From Escherichia phage RB49, in sequence record NC_005066.1: a DNA stretch of 64,000 bases; one strand, 5' to 3'. The notes beneath the pieces were generated by a model. The model was not told where the DNA came from. It did not search any database and worked only from the letters and a program-made list of their open reading frames with translations. Positions 44,966 to 55,716 of this stretch are shown here, one piece after another. The number at the start of each line of letters is the position of its first letter. Position 1 is the first letter of the stretch. Made by a program: the position numbers and the translations under genes.

Positions 44966-44975
44966 GTAAAATTCA

Positions 44976-45950
44976 TTACATCGCTAACAGAGAGTCCAGG
45001 TCATCCAGATCAGAAGCGGAGGAAGTACCGCCACCCAGATCCAGTGATGCCATCAGGTCATCAGCAGAAGAATCTGCCGCCGTGCTAGCTGCGTTAATAC
45101 CAACTACAGTGCTAGCTGCGGCAATACCAGAATCGAATGCATTTAAAGCAGCGTCAAAATCGTCAAGCTGGCTGTTAATCGCTGCCGCAGCACTGGAAGC
45201 CGCAGCACCAGCTACCATAGAAACGCCCATAGTTTTCTTAAATTTGGTTTCCAGTTCATCGAACGGTTTAAACTGGCTAGGCGCTACAATCTCACTCAGA
45301 TCAACCATGTTTTCCATCAGATATTTCTGATATGCTTCGTCTTCAATTTTCGGAAGCTGTGATTGCTGCATGAAACGAGAATCATCATAGTTCTGGTGTT
45401 TATCAACCTTCTTAGCTTTCAGGAGGAAGTTAGCACCGGAGAACACACAAGTTACATCTACCGGAACTTCGCCCATGTCGGTATTCACGTTCACCATTGC
45501 AACGATCTTATCATAAATTTTCTGACCGAAGCGGAATTTGAATACCTTACCTTCATTTTCTGGTGCTTGAGGATCTTTCAGTACCAGAATATTTGCGTAG
45601 TAAGAGGCTTTACGCTTAATCAGTTGCCATTCTGTTTTATCGGTATTGTACAGATCTTTTTCGTTAATATATTTGCACACAGGGCAAGAATCAAAATCAC
45701 CGTGGGTGCTGGAGCAGTTTTCCCAATACCATTTACCATTAACTTTGAAGGAATGGTTTACCAGTTTCACAATCGGCAGACCGTCTTCTGTCTTAGACGG
45801 CAGGAAGCGAATCAGGGCTTCACCGTTACCTGCTGCATCAGTCTTAATCTTCCACTCTTTCGGATCTTCTTTGGAGAAACCGTTGCCACCTTTCAGTGCG
45901 GCCAGTTGAGCTTGCAGTTTGGAAGAATCTTGGCGTTTAAACATATTCAC
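44976..45950 (-). CDS. 32: gp32 single-stranded DNA-binding protein
   Basis: 324 aa; ALIRFLPSK ... KWYWEN ... [12 protein letters not shown] matches T4 gp32 as recalled; acidic Ala/Ser-rich C-terminal tail. Confidence 0.85.
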   Translation of the reverse strand: MNMFKRQDSSKLQAQLAALKGGNGFSKEDPKEWKIKTDAAGNGEALIRFLPSKTEDGLPIVKLVNHSFKVNGKWYWENCSSTHGDFDSCPVCKYINEKDLYNTDKTEWQLIKRKASYYANILVLKDPQAPENEGKVFKFRFGQKIYDKIVAMVNVNTDMGEVPVDVTCVFSGANFLLKAKKVDKHQNYDDSRFMQQSQLPKIEDEAYQKYLMENMVDLSEIVAPSQFKPFDELETKFKKTMGVSMVAGAAASSAAAAINSQLDDFDAALNAFDSGIAAASTVVGINAASTAADSSADDLMASLDLGGGTSSASDLDDLDSLLAM

Positions 45951-46004
45951 TATTCCTTCTTTTGATTAATTTACTAGACTATTATACAGATTTAAATTTA
46001 CTTG

Positions 46005-46685
46005 TCAACTATTTGTTTCGACTTTTAATTGAGATATTTCTTTACACTCTTTAACTACTTTAACAAATAATGCTCTTGCTTTTGCGGCGTCAATAACAAG
46101 TAGTTTCTTATACGCCTTCATTTTAACACTATAAGTTTGCCAAATCAAGTCTTTGGCTACCTTGTCGTGTTCGTCGATTATATTTAGAAAGCTATCTAAC
46201 AACATAAACGACTCAAACGATATAATCCGATTTTGCAGTAGTTTAAAGATACCGCTAGTTTCGGTTGCGGGATTGTATGTAATTAGCTCTTTAAGAGTAA
46301 CCCCGCGTTTCTCGGAGAAGTATACCAGACTTTTAATGTCATCGTCAAATCGTGTTGCCGCATCAGTGATTTTACCGATGTACTCCATGTAAAACCCGTA
46401 TGCGTCAACATCGGTGATTTCACCTACCCATGCATCGGTATTAGCTACCAGATTGCTTAGGAATAGGAAGTATAATTCTCTTAGATTGTACTTTTCCGCT
46501 AATTTTGCGAAATAATACTTATCTCTGCGTTTATTGAATGCGGCATCAGACAACCGCATCCTCCAATTGTATTTTACGCAATCATAACGCCCGTTCATAT
46601 GAGCTTTCATCATGCAATATAACATATACACAGATTTAGCATTAATTCGCATATCTGGATCTGGAGGAAGACGGTTTCTGATCAT
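46005..46685 (-). CDS. 59: gp59 helicase loader
   Basis: 226 aa; KSVYMLYCMMKAHMNGRYD ... KYNWRMRLSDAAFNKRRDKYYF close to T4 gp59 as recalled. Confidence 0.85.
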   Translation of the reverse strand: MIRNRLPPDPDMRINAKSVYMLYCMMKAHMNGRYDCVKYNWRMRLSDAAFNKRRDKYYFAKLAEKYNLRELYFLFLSNLVANTDAWVGEITDVDAYGFYMEYIGKITDAATRFDDDIKSLVYFSEKRGVTLKELITYNPATETSGIFKLLQNRIISFESFMLLDSFLNIIDEHDKVAKDLIWQTYSVKMKAYKKLLVIDAAKARALFVKVVKECKEISQLKVETNS

Positions 46686-46694
46686 ACATACCCC

Positions 46695-46964
46695 TTAAAT
46701 ATCGAGAGTGTTGGTCGGTTCGTCGATCACTCCCTTCCTGAGCGTTCTATTTACTATACATTCTTGTGTGATCTTGTCAATAATGGACACCGGAATATAC
46801 TTCTGATAGTGACCATATTCTATAGAGTTTTCCTCTACAAACTGAGTGGTCGCTTCAAGATAAGTCAATCCCTCTTCAACAACCAGTTTTTCGATTGCAA
46901 GACCGTTTGCTGTTTTGTTCGCGGCTTTTACCGCATGTTCATTAAGCATTGAACACCCGATCAT
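46695..46964 (-). CDS. 33: gp33 late transcription accessory protein
   Basis: 89 aa; C-terminal IDEPTNTLD-like motif and position between 59 and dsbA. Confidence 0.6.
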   Translation of the reverse strand: MIGCSMLNEHAVKAANKTANGLAIEKLVVEEGLTYLEATTQFVEENSIEYGHYQKYIPVSIIDKITQECIVNRTLRKGVIDEPTNTLDI

Positions 46965-47217
46965 AGAGTTCTACCGCTTCATCGCGTTCTGCTTCGAAGG
47001 TTTCGCGCTGTTGCTGGTGATACAGTTTAAACAGAATGCCCCACATTTTACCATCTACGCCTAATTCTTCTTTAGCACGCTGTTTGATCTCTTTGATCTT
47101 ATCGCCATATGCTTCTTGAATGGTTTTCTGATCGCTGGCTTCTTTAATCAGTTGTGCCAGGGTATTTCCGTGCACTGCTTCGTCAAATACTACTTTTTCT
47201 TTTTTCTGTTCAGTCAT
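46942..47217 (-). CDS. dsbA: DsbA double-stranded DNA-binding protein
   Basis: 91 aa; KEIKQRAKEELGVDGK ... QRETFEAE resembles T4 DsbA as recalled. Confidence 0.7.
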   Translation of the reverse strand: MTEQKKEKVVFDEAVHGNTLAQLIKEASDQKTIQEAYGDKIKEIKQRAKEELGVDGKMWGILFKLYHQQQRETFEAERDEAVELYDRVFNA

Positions 47218-47221
47218 AATA

Positions 47222-47818
47222 TTAACCCTCTTTAGTCATTAATTGAAAACCACGTTCAGCTTTTGAGATTTCGCTAGGACTTAAATCGTCACCCACATAT
47301 TCTAGCATCATTTCTCGGATAATGTCAAGTGCTTTTTCATCACCTGATTTTAACTCGAACTCAAGTTCATAGTGAGCATCTCCCATTACTTCGCCGACTT
47401 TGCAATAATAGAAAGTGTCTTTGCACATTTCCACTATAGCACCCTCAAGGTCAATTGTCAATGACTTGCGGTATGTCATTACTTGAAGTAAAGGAACGAT
47501 AAGGTCGGAGTTTACGCCTAGACTATCAACATAATGATAGAAATCATCCATTGTTGAAAAAGTAATTTCTTCTCGGTTGAAGAGTCCAGATTCACTATCA
47601 CCTATTTTGACCATGATCAATGATCTATTAACGTCAAGTCGAGCATAAATTCCTTTTCGACGCAGTGCATGATCTTCGGTATCATAATAAAATTCGTGTT
47701 TTAGAGTGTTAGCACGATCTACTAGATTGTACCCGTCATACATTGCTACCCACAAATCACAGATTGTTTCGACGCCAATTTGTGAGTGTGCATAGTATTT
47801 TAATTCAAGTTCTTTCAT
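47222..47818 (-). CDS. CYTH-domain (triphosphate tunnel metalloenzyme) protein
   Basis: 198 aa; N-terminal ELELKY (ExExK), EFYYDTEDHALRRKG, TYRK and C-terminal ELEFELK match CYTH signature positions. Confidence 0.6.
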   Translation of the reverse strand: MKELELKYYAHSQIGVETICDLWVAMYDGYNLVDRANTLKHEFYYDTEDHALRRKGIYARLDVNRSLIMVKIGDSESGLFNREEITFSTMDDFYHYVDSLGVNSDLIVPLLQVMTYRKSLTIDLEGAIVEMCKDTFYYCKVGEVMGDAHYELEFELKSGDEKALDIIREMMLEYVGDDLSPSEISKAERGFQLMTKEG

Positions 47819-47828
47819 ATGTCAACCC

Positions 47829-48776
47829 TTAGAACTCACCAATTTTCTGCAACATTTTAACTAACGCATTTGTTACAAAATAGTTATAAATTTTACCGCG
47901 TGGTGCTGGTTTAGATTTTTCCCATGACTCCAGAATCTGATTCTGAATATCATCTGGGATGTAATCGAAATCAATAAGTTCGCGGTTTTCGTCAAATCGT
48001 CGTGCTTCTTCCTCTGTCATCAAAGACTTTGGGTCTTCGGCATCGAAAATTTGCTCTAACCATTTGGTTGCAACTGGTTTAGCTCGTTCCCCTTCCAGTC
48101 GAGAGATAATGAAATCACTACGACACTTGACAGAAGCCACACCGTCTTTTGCGTCACCCTTAACACATTTTACCATAAGGTCTTTGTAAGGGCTACCATA
48201 TTTGCATTTCTTCCATGCTTTCTGTACTGGCGCCCACTGTTTCACGTTTTTGTATTTGTGCAACTGTGTGTAGTCTCCATCACCGGAGTTGATCAGCACC
48301 TGGCGACCTTCTACAGAAAACTTTTTAGTTAACACAGCGATTATATCATCCGCTTCAACTTTGTCAACCTTAATAACGTGATAGGGCATATTCTCTTTAA
48401 ACTCTTCGGTGATCTTATTGATCGCAGCAAAGATCATCTCCCAATCACGCGGATCTGCGTCTCGCTTTTCCTTACGGTTGCGTTTATAGTAAGGTGCGAT
48501 ATCACGTCGCCAGTAACCTTTGCTTGAATCAAAAGCAAGTACCGTAATAGGGTATTGCTCTTTGAATTTTGTCATATTATAACGCATGGTGTCAAGAATA
48601 AGATGACGGATCATGCCTTCATTAATAGGATCTTCCGGTTTAAAGGTATGCGAGATAGTAGCAATCATAAGCTGCGACATATCAATCAAATGCACACCTT
48701 CCGGCAGTTTATCTTCTGGATCATCAAAGAAATCATTAAGTGTAGCGGTAGTTTTTGTAAACGGGTTATACGTCAT
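47829..48776 (-). CDS. rnh: RNase H / 5'-3' flap exonuclease (FEN family)
   Basis: 315 aa; acidic metal-binding clusters (VEADDIIAVL, INSGDGDYTQL) typical of T4 RNase H. Confidence 0.8.
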   Translation of the reverse strand: MTYNPFTKTTATLNDFFDDPEDKLPEGVHLIDMSQLMIATISHTFKPEDPINEGMIRHLILDTMRYNMTKFKEQYPITVLAFDSSKGYWRRDIAPYYKRNRKEKRDADPRDWEMIFAAINKITEEFKENMPYHVIKVDKVEADDIIAVLTKKFSVEGRQVLINSGDGDYTQLHKYKNVKQWAPVQKAWKKCKYGSPYKDLMVKCVKGDAKDGVASVKCRSDFIISRLEGERAKPVATKWLEQIFDAEDPKSLMTEEEARRFDENRELIDFDYIPDDIQNQILESWEKSKPAPRGKIYNYFVTNALVKMLQKIGEF

Positions 48777-48778
48777 AA

Positions 48779-48964
48779 TTAAGTTCTCTCCACTCTCACA
48801 ACAACATATTCGCCAAACGAGTTAGATACTTCACGATCATACCCATATTTCTCCATAACTCGCAGAATTGCATTGTTTAATTCGGCGCGGAAATAATTGT
48901 AATCCTTATCAGGGATTCTGTCAACTACCCATTTTGCACCTTCTGACAAATCAACTTTAACCAT
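48779..48964 (-). CDS. Hypothetical small protein
   Basis: 61 aa ORF upstream of rnh. Confidence 0.4.
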   Translation of the reverse strand: MVKVDLSEGAKWVVDRIPDKDYNYFRAELNNAILRVMEKYGYDREVSNSFGEYVVVRVERT

Positions 48965-49002
48965 AATATATCATCCTCTTTTGTTTCTATCAAGCCTTAT
49001 TT

Positions 49003-49010
49003 TATAAATA
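49003..49010 (+). promoter_or_regulatory. T4-type late promoter box TATAAATA
   Basis: Exact TATAAATA about 29 bp upstream of the gene 34 start. Confidence 0.55.
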
Positions 49011-49038
49011 TGAACATACTATAAAAGGAGACCCAATA

Positions 49039-52000
49039 ATGGCAGATTTTTCTCAACATTTCAAGGCCACATTTGGCTTTGACGCTGGTAATGAAAAGGT
49101 CGTCAATGTAGCATTGGCTGATAAGAATGTCAACACCGATGCGGTCAACGTTGAATTTTTCAATTACCATAATGGCATTACTCAGTATGACACAACTCGC
49201 GGTTATGATCAATACGGAACTACAATTTATCAAAACCGTCCATATTATGCAAAAGAAGATATCACAAAGCCAGCAGGTGATTTTGACCCGACTAAATGGC
49301 AAGCACTGCGCACGGACCCACGTTGGGATTATATTGCAGCAACTTCCGGTGATACTCCTTTAAAGTCTGGTGATTATATCGCAGCAGATGGTCAATTTGC
49401 AAACTTGACTTTCTCTATGCCAACTAAACCAGCAGAGGGAGACACTATAACAGTAAAAGATATCGGTGGCAAGTGTGGTGTTAACGAATTATCGTTCTTG
49501 AGTTCAGGACATGAGTTTTACCATAACGGTAATGTGTATAACCGAAAATGGTATTGCACTACCCCGTATGCAATGAACTATTTCATCTTTGTTCGGAATC
49601 GTTGGCATGTTTATCAGACGGGAACAGAGCCGCGCGGTGTGTACGCACAGCCAGCGATTGATGCTATTCAAATGCAGAATGGTGATCAGGTATTTCGTCG
49701 TAGTTCGTTGGGTAATATTACCTTAGTGCTTCCTAAGTTTGCCAACAATGGCGACATGATCCAGACTACAGACCTTGACGGATTAACCGCAACCAACCAC
49801 GTTACGGTTAAAGTTCATGAGCACGCAGAAGAACAATCAATTGGCACGTCCGGTCTAAAAGAGATTATCGGTAAGCGTAGCGGTCATGGTGTATTCATCT
49901 TTGACAAACCGGAAAACTTATGGCGTTTGTGGGATGGTGATCAGTCTGTTCGTCTTAAACCGATCATCGATGACACTCGCTTGCAACCTAATAGCTATGT
50001 TGCTGTATTTGGTGATCGTGATGTTACTCTGACTCTACCGACCAATGTTGAGCCGGGTGATCGTATTCAAGTTTCTATGCAGTATATGCACGGAAACCAG
50101 AATTGCCGTATTATCACCGCCACAGAGGATACAAAAATCCTTATGTCGAAAAACATGGTTCAGTTTCCGAAGCGTAGCGAGTACCCATTCAACGGGACCG
50201 ACACATGGAAGGAAGTGTCTGAATTGTCGTTCAATGCGGCTAGTGATTATGTACCTTATCTGGAGTTCTCTTATTCAGAAGGTGATGATGGTAAGAAACA
50301 TTGGCTGGTAGCACACTCTCATCCGATCGTCGAACGAGTAGACCCTACTCGTAAAGATCGTGTTGGTGTAATTGCACTGGCTACCCAGACTGAAACGAAT
50401 AAAAACCATGAAGAGAATCCTAGCGACGAAGTTGCGGTAACACCAAAAATGCTGGCTAATAAAACCGCCAACGAAACTCGACGCGGTATTGCTCGCATTG
50501 CGACTCAAGCGGAAACGCATCAAGATACTGGTTCCAACTTCCTGGATGATGTTATCGTTACGCCTAAAAAGTTAAATGATTGTGTTGCTACCGAAGCCCG
50601 TCGTGGCGTGATGGAAATTGCAACCCAGCACGAAACCAATGAAGGTTTAGACGATACCCGCGCTATTACACCTAAGAAATTAGAAGAACGTCGCGCTTCC
50701 GAAGATCTCGCTGGTATTGCTGAAATTGTTCAGGCTGGCGGTAGTGCTGCCGCTCGACGTGGCGAAGCTGGTACAGGGATCTATAACATCAACGACCATG
50801 TTAAAATTGTTACGCCACAAAACATCAACGAAGTCAAGGCGACCGAAACTTCCCGTGGTGTTGGCTATCTGGCAACTGACGCGGAAGTGCAAGGGGCTAC
50901 AGAATCAACCCCGCAAGATGCTTTACTAATCACGACTCGCACGCTAACGAAACGTACTGCTACCGAATCGCGCACTGGTATCGCTGAAATTGCAACTCAG
51001 GAAGAAACAAACTTAGGTCAAAGTGATAACCATATCATCACGCCTAAAAAGCTGCATACTCGCCGCGCAACGGAAACTTTACACGGTTTAGCAGAAATTG
51101 CAACTCAGCCGGAATTTGACGCAGGTCTTGACGATGCTCGCATTTCTACCCCATTGAAGATTAAAACCTTCTTTGAGAATGCACAGCGTTTGAAAGTAGA
51201 TCCGACTCAGGGGCTTAACCTTACTGGTGATTTGTGGCAAGGTATCATGATCAGCGGTCTGGATGCAACCGAAGACACAAAGGGTGTCGCTAAAGTTGCT
51301 ACTACTCAGCTTACGGATGCTGGTCAAGATGATACTACAATCATCACGCCTAAAAAGCTGCAAGGCAAAAAAGCCACCGAAGGTAAAGAAGGTATTATCC
51401 GCGTTGGTACTCAAGCCGAAACCGTGGCTGGTACACTGGCTAATGTAGCAATTTCTCCGAAGAACTTCAAATATGTTGTTCAGACAGAGGATACATGGAA
51501 AGCAACCGAAGCGCGTCGTGGATTCTTGAAAGTTGCTACTCAGGAAAACTGTTTTGTTGGTGATAATCTGCAAGGTTCTACTCAAGAACTAGGAAACTAC
51601 CAGCATGACGGAATTGCTGTTACTCCGAAAGGATTAAACTACGCACTTGCTAATTTCTTACCTAAGATGGCAACCGCTCAGAATAGTTTGAAATTGGGTA
51701 ACGTAGAGGCCGCTAAATGGGCGCGTAGAGACATTGACCAGACCATAGAGAGCAATTACACGTTTAATAAAAACGTTAACGTGAAGGGCGATTTAGAGTG
51801 CTTAAAATCTGGTTCCTTTGAAACTCTGTCTGTGACTAAGAACTCAACCGATGATCCGAGTAATGGTCATCTGGTGTTGGGTGAGCGTGGAGTTGACGGT
51901 CACACCGGAATTACTCTGCATGGCACAACCGCATCGGAAGGCATGAAAAACTCGTGGTCTATTATCGTTGGTGGTACTGGAACAGCGCAAGTTGTTGATA

Positions 52001-52779
52001 GTGATGCTATCGCTTTCGGTAAAATCAATGATGGTGGAGTCGTCGAGCATTACGCCTTTGCTATGAAACACAATGGCGACGCGACAGCATATAGAGACTT
52101 TATTGCAGGTCGCAACCTGTATGCGAAACAAGGCGGTTTATACATTGTTGACCAGTCTAATCCGGCAATGACTCGTTCCCCAGATGGTATGCTGAATATC
52201 GGTCACGGTGGAAGTGTTAACATCAAGGCAGGTCATCAAACGTTAACTACAGAGATCGCCGGACAGAAATATCAGATCGTACACGCAGGAAACGCTGACG
52301 AAGTTCTTAACCGTCAGTTTGTTAAGAATGCTGGCGATACAATGGTCGGTAAGCTGACTATGGATAATGCGCCTATTGTTTCTGTTAAGCATGAAGCTAG
52401 CGCGGCAACCGCTCCAGCAATCGGTAACATCGGTTTCTGGAATATGCGAGTTACTACCCAGAACATCAAAGAAACTTATCCAGAGAAGAAAAACGGTACT
52501 CTGATGCAATGGGGTACTGACGCGGACGGGCTTACCCAGCTTTGGTCCCCTGATGGTACTCATAAACATTATATCCGTTCCGGTACTGGTGGTCAATGGA
52601 CCGCATGGGGTGAAATTTACACCAAACAGAACAAACCTACCGCCCAGGAAATCGGGGCAGTGGTTGCAGAAGGTGGTTTAATGAACTCTATGACGGTTCG
52701 TGATTGGATCAAAGTTGGTAATGTTAAAATCATCGCCAATAATCTGACTCGTACCGTAGACTTTATCTGGGAAGACTAA
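49039..52779 (+). CDS. 34: gp34 long tail fibre proximal subunit
   Basis: 1246 aa; position ahead of 35-36-37; internal repeats GIAEIATQ.ET...D..ITPKKL. Confidence 0.8.
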   Translation: MADFSQHFKATFGFDAGNEKVVNVALADKNVNTDAVNVEFFNYHNGITQYDTTRGYDQYGTTIYQNRPYYAKEDITKPAGDFDPTKWQALRTDPRWDYIAATSGDTPLKSGDYIAADGQFANLTFSMPTKPAEGDTITVKDIGGKCGVNELSFLSSGHEFYHNGNVYNRKWYCTTPYAMNYFIFVRNRWHVYQTGTEPRGVYAQPAIDAIQMQNGDQVFRRSSLGNITLVLPKFANNGDMIQTTDLDGLTATNHVTVKVHEHAEEQSIGTSGLKEIIGKRSGHGVFIFDKPENLWRLWDGDQSVRLKPIIDDTRLQPNSYVAVFGDRDVTLTLPTNVEPGDRIQVSMQYMHGNQNCRIITATEDTKILMSKNMVQFPKRSEYPFNGTDTWKEVSELSFNAASDYVPYLEFSYSEGDDGKKHWLVAHSHPIVERVDPTRKDRVGVIALATQTETNKNHEENPSDEVAVTPKMLANKTANETRRGIARIATQAETHQDTGSNFLDDVIVTPKKLNDCVATEARRGVMEIATQHETNEGLDDTRAITPKKLEERRASEDLAGIAEIVQAGGSAAARRGEAGTGIYNINDHVKIVTPQNINEVKATETSRGVGYLATDAEVQGATESTPQDALLITTRTLTKRTATESRTGIAEIATQEETNLGQSDNHIITPKKLHTRRATETLHGLAEIATQPEFDAGLDDARISTPLKIKTFFENAQRLKVDPTQGLNLTGDLWQGIMISGLDATEDTKGVAKVATTQLTDAGQDDTTIITPKKLQGKKATEGKEGIIRVGTQAETVAGTLANVAISPKNFKYVVQTEDTWKATEARRGFLKVATQENCFVGDNLQGSTQELGNYQHDGIAVTPKGLNYALANFLPKMATAQNSLKLGNVEAAKWARRDIDQTIESNYTFNKNVNVKGDLECLKSGSFETLSVTKNSTDDPSNGHLVLGERGVDGHTGITLHGTTASEGMKNSWSIIVGGTGTAQVVDSDAIAFGKINDGGVVEHYAFAMKHNGDATAYRDFIAGRNLYAKQGGLYIVDQSNPAMTRSPDGMLNIGHGGSVNIKAGHQTLTTEIAGQKYQIVHAGNADEVLNRQFVKNAGDTMVGKLTMDNAPIVSVKHEASAATAPAIGNIGFWNMRVTTQNIKETYPEKKNGTLMQWGTDADGLTQLWSPDGTHKHYIRSGTGGQWTAWGEIYTKQNKPTAQEIGAVVAEGGLMNSMTVRDWIKVGNVKIIANNLTRTVDFIWED

Positions 52780-52784
52780 TTAAA

Positions 52785-52800
52785 GGGGGCGAAAGCCCCC
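52785..52800 (+). terminator. Stem-loop between genes 34 and 35 (attenuator candidate)
   Basis: gggggc-gaaa-gccccc hairpin; no clear T-run. Confidence 0.3.
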
Positions 52801-52812
52801 TATGGGGTTATT

Positions 52813-53952
52813 ATGACACAAGATATAGAATTACGCAACACTGGAATTAGGTTTGCGCATTTCGACGAAGACTCTGCGACATTTACCAGCATTTCAGAAA
52901 ATAACTCTGTGATGTATAAGCTGGAAGTGCGCGGATCTAATGCGGATTCTACCAAACCAGCAAGAATTCGATTTAATGGAGTGGAGATCGTTGGCACTGG
53001 CTATGAAAATGGCCTAAATTTTAAAGTTCTTACTCCAACTGGACAACTACACGAAGAAAAGGTATTCTATGGTCGCGGTGCTGTTTTGGCAATGCGTGAT
53101 TATCTTTCTTTGCTGAAAGGTGATTATATCATTGCGATGGCAACTCATGGAGAATTGTTTGCAGATCCGATAAGTGATGTTGTATTTTCTAAGATGGGAT
53201 CTGTATCATTCCCGAATCACATTTTGTTACAGCAAATGCCTCGTGTATCATATGCAGCAATTTATTCTACTAAAATGGGTAAAATTGTGTGCGAAGGGAT
53301 GCAAGCAACTCACGGGGAAGGACAAGATTCATCTATACAAATTGAGAAAGTCTATGATACTATAGATGATCTTGCTATAACAGGAACACCACAACGATTT
53401 TTAGATTATCCGGTTGAGTATGTTAGCGAAGATGCCGAACATTTCGAGCTAATACAATGGCCTCATGATGAGATCAGCGCACCACTTGAATATTTTAACA
53501 TAAAGGCAGGTGACAAACTATCATTATCATTTGAATTGTTCCGTGATAGTGCCGCAGCCGCAGCCAACGTAACAGCGCGTTTCTATCACAACTATTTTAC
53601 TGATGGACAATACAAAACTGGCGTTCGATACAATGCCAGCAAAAAAGATCAATGGGAAAAGTTTGAAGCCGTCTATACCGTGCCGGAAGGTGTCGATAGT
53701 GTAGTAACTGGTTGTATCAGATATCCAACCAACTCAAATGAAGGTATTGTTAAAATTAGAAACATACTAATAACGCCGATCAGTGGAGTCGTCAAAACTA
53801 CTGGTCCTACTTCATTTGGTGTTAATGGTGTTAGAACAACTCATATTCAGGATAACGGTGATTTTACTAACCCTGTAATGAGTCTTCTTAAACTTCCTAG
53901 AGATAATAAACACATCACATCCAACAACTTTAAAGAGTTCGATGTTGATTAA
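52813..53952 (+). CDS. 35: gp35 long tail fibre hinge
   Basis: 379 aa; position and size. Confidence 0.65.
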   Translation: MTQDIELRNTGIRFAHFDEDSATFTSISENNSVMYKLEVRGSNADSTKPARIRFNGVEIVGTGYENGLNFKVLTPTGQLHEEKVFYGRGAVLAMRDYLSLLKGDYIIAMATHGELFADPISDVVFSKMGSVSFPNHILLQQMPRVSYAAIYSTKMGKIVCEGMQATHGEGQDSSIQIEKVYDTIDDLAITGTPQRFLDYPVEYVSEDAEHFELIQWPHDEISAPLEYFNIKAGDKLSLSFELFRDSAAAAANVTARFYHNYFTDGQYKTGVRYNASKKDQWEKFEAVYTVPEGVDSVVTGCIRYPTNSNEGIVKIRNILITPISGVVKTTGPTSFGVNGVRTTHIQDNGDFTNPVMSLLKLPRDNKHITSNNFKEFDVD

Positions 53953-54114
53953 CATTTTTAACAAGCCGATCCATGTGGTCGGCTTTATTTTTTATACAGT
54001 TGGTTAAAATGTAACCAAAACGAAGAAAGATCTTTAGAATAATAGAAAATTTGTTTCGGTTAAAAATTAGTCAGTGCCTACGGCACGTCGCGAAGCGATA
54101 TTTTGTTAACATTC

Positions 54115-54122
54115 TATAAATA
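54115..54122 (+). promoter_or_regulatory. T4-type late promoter box TATAAATA
   Basis: Exact TATAAATA about 34 bp upstream of the gene 36 start. Confidence 0.55.
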
Positions 54123-54155
54123 CTCGGAACTATAACTAATTTTTGAGGTTACTTT

Positions 54156-55646
54156 ATGGCAGATTTGAAACATGGATCTACTGTAGGCGGATCTCCCATT
54201 TGGACGCAAGGAAACTTGACGATCCAGCCAGCGGGGGATCAGCTTTTCTACAAAGGTCATAAAATCTATACCGCTTTTGATAGACCTTCGGCTACCGATT
54301 TTGATGCTGTTAGTGCATCCGAAGGTGGAACATTTCAAAAGCAAGTTCATTTCGAGGAAGGTTTAAGCGTAGGTAGCGCATCGGCTGGAGAAACCAAAAA
54401 GAATGGTATCTTTAAAGGCCAGAGTGATGCTGCTAATTTTGACGGCGTAAGCTGGGGTTTGCATTCATGGAAGTCAATCGGCTTTGTTAATGCCCGTGAT
54501 GGCGTTATTATGGCTTATATTGACACCACAACGGGCGAATTTAAGTCTAAAGGGACTATCGAAGGGACAACCATTAAAGATACAGGTCAACGCGTCTATA
54601 GCCCTGTTAATAAACCAACGAATAATGATTTAGATTTGGTGTCTCGTCGCGGTGATACCCTAACAGGAACATATAATTTAAACACTGTCACAGTTAAACT
54701 ATCGGTTGATTCGAAATTAATTGCAAGGGAACGTGATTTAATTAATTTTGATGCGACTAAGATCTATTATGGTAACGTTCTTGATACGTTGGTATTCCGA
54801 AGTAAAGATGAGCCTACCATTTTTGTTAATGGCAAAGAAGGTCGTTTTTATCACACCAACAATAAACCGACTAAAGCCGATGTTGGACTAGGCAATGTCA
54901 CCAATGATGCACAGGTTAAACGTGCTGGTGATATTATGGAAGGTAACTTGCAAGCGCCTAGAATGTTGGCGACAAACGATCCTGCTGGTCCTAATGAATT
55001 GGTTCGTTTGAGCTACTTTGAGAGAAAATCAATGGTAGCAAATCCAACCATCATTGGAAACGTTGATTGGAACACTCTTATTAATCGCGGTATCTATCGT
55101 GTGGAAAATGCTGGGTCGGGCACTAATAAACCGTCTGATAGCTATTATAATGGCGTTTTGATGGTATATCGCCCAGAAGATGCGGTCGGTACTCGTCGAA
55201 TTGTTCAGGTGTATTATCCTGAATCTATTGACCATCCGATGTGCTGGCGTTCGTGTTCTAATGAATCATGGACTGCATGGAACTATGTAGATCACCGTAA
55301 ATTAGCCGATATTCGCTATGTTAACGTAACTGGCGATACCATGACAGGACCGTTAACTGTTCCGGCTGCAAACGGTGTTAGAACAGCTAAAACTAACTAT
55401 AACGGGGATAACTGTTATGCGGCGTTAAGCGGTGCTGATGGTACTGCTATGATTCACCGCATTAGTGATATTAAAGGGACCGAAAAGCTGGGGATCACCC
55501 ACGACTCAAAGGTCGTGTTTTTCCGTTCTAGAAACAATACTCAAACCGTGGACCGCTATCAGCTTTATCATGAAGGTAATAAACCTACTCCGGCTGATGT
55601 TGGAGCGGTTCCACTTAATGCGGTGATTGATTTTGGTACTTTCTAA
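54156..55646 (+). CDS. 36: gp36 long tail fibre distal connector (enlarged)
   Basis: 496 aa; N-terminus MADLKHGSTVGGSPIWTQGNL matches the T4 gp36 N-terminus as recalled; longer than T4 gp36. Confidence 0.7.
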   Translation: MADLKHGSTVGGSPIWTQGNLTIQPAGDQLFYKGHKIYTAFDRPSATDFDAVSASEGGTFQKQVHFEEGLSVGSASAGETKKNGIFKGQSDAANFDGVSWGLHSWKSIGFVNARDGVIMAYIDTTTGEFKSKGTIEGTTIKDTGQRVYSPVNKPTNNDLDLVSRRGDTLTGTYNLNTVTVKLSVDSKLIARERDLINFDATKIYYGNVLDTLVFRSKDEPTIFVNGKEGRFYHTNNKPTKADVGLGNVTNDAQVKRAGDIMEGNLQAPRMLATNDPAGPNELVRLSYFERKSMVANPTIIGNVDWNTLINRGIYRVENAGSGTNKPSDSYYNGVLMVYRPEDAVGTRRIVQVYYPESIDHPMCWRSCSNESWTAWNYVDHRKLADIRYVNVTGDTMTGPLTVPAANGVRTAKTNYNGDNCYAALSGADGTAMIHRISDIKGTEKLGITHDSKVVFFRSRNNTQTVDRYQLYHEGNKPTPADVGAVPLNAVIDFGTF

Positions 55647-55651
55647 TTTTA

Positions 55652-55674
55652 GCGGGGATTATCTCCCCGCTTTT
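55652..55674 (+). terminator. Rho-independent terminator after gene 36
   Basis: gcggggat-tat-ctccccgc followed by TTTT. Confidence 0.55.
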
Positions 55675-55716
55675 CTAAATAATATTATTCTAATAACCGT
55701 TTAAGGATTTTATAAA

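Noticed and set aside
50340-51180. Internal repeats in gene 34 (GIAEIATQ.ET...ITPKKL, about 8 copies)
   Set aside because: Repetitive motifs of this kind are an expected structural feature of T4-type long tail fibre proteins, not a separate element.
52785-52800. Hairpin between genes 34 and 35 as a terminator
   Set aside because: GC-rich stem is present but no downstream T-run; genes 34 and 35 are probably co-transcribed, so at most an attenuator or RNA-stability element.
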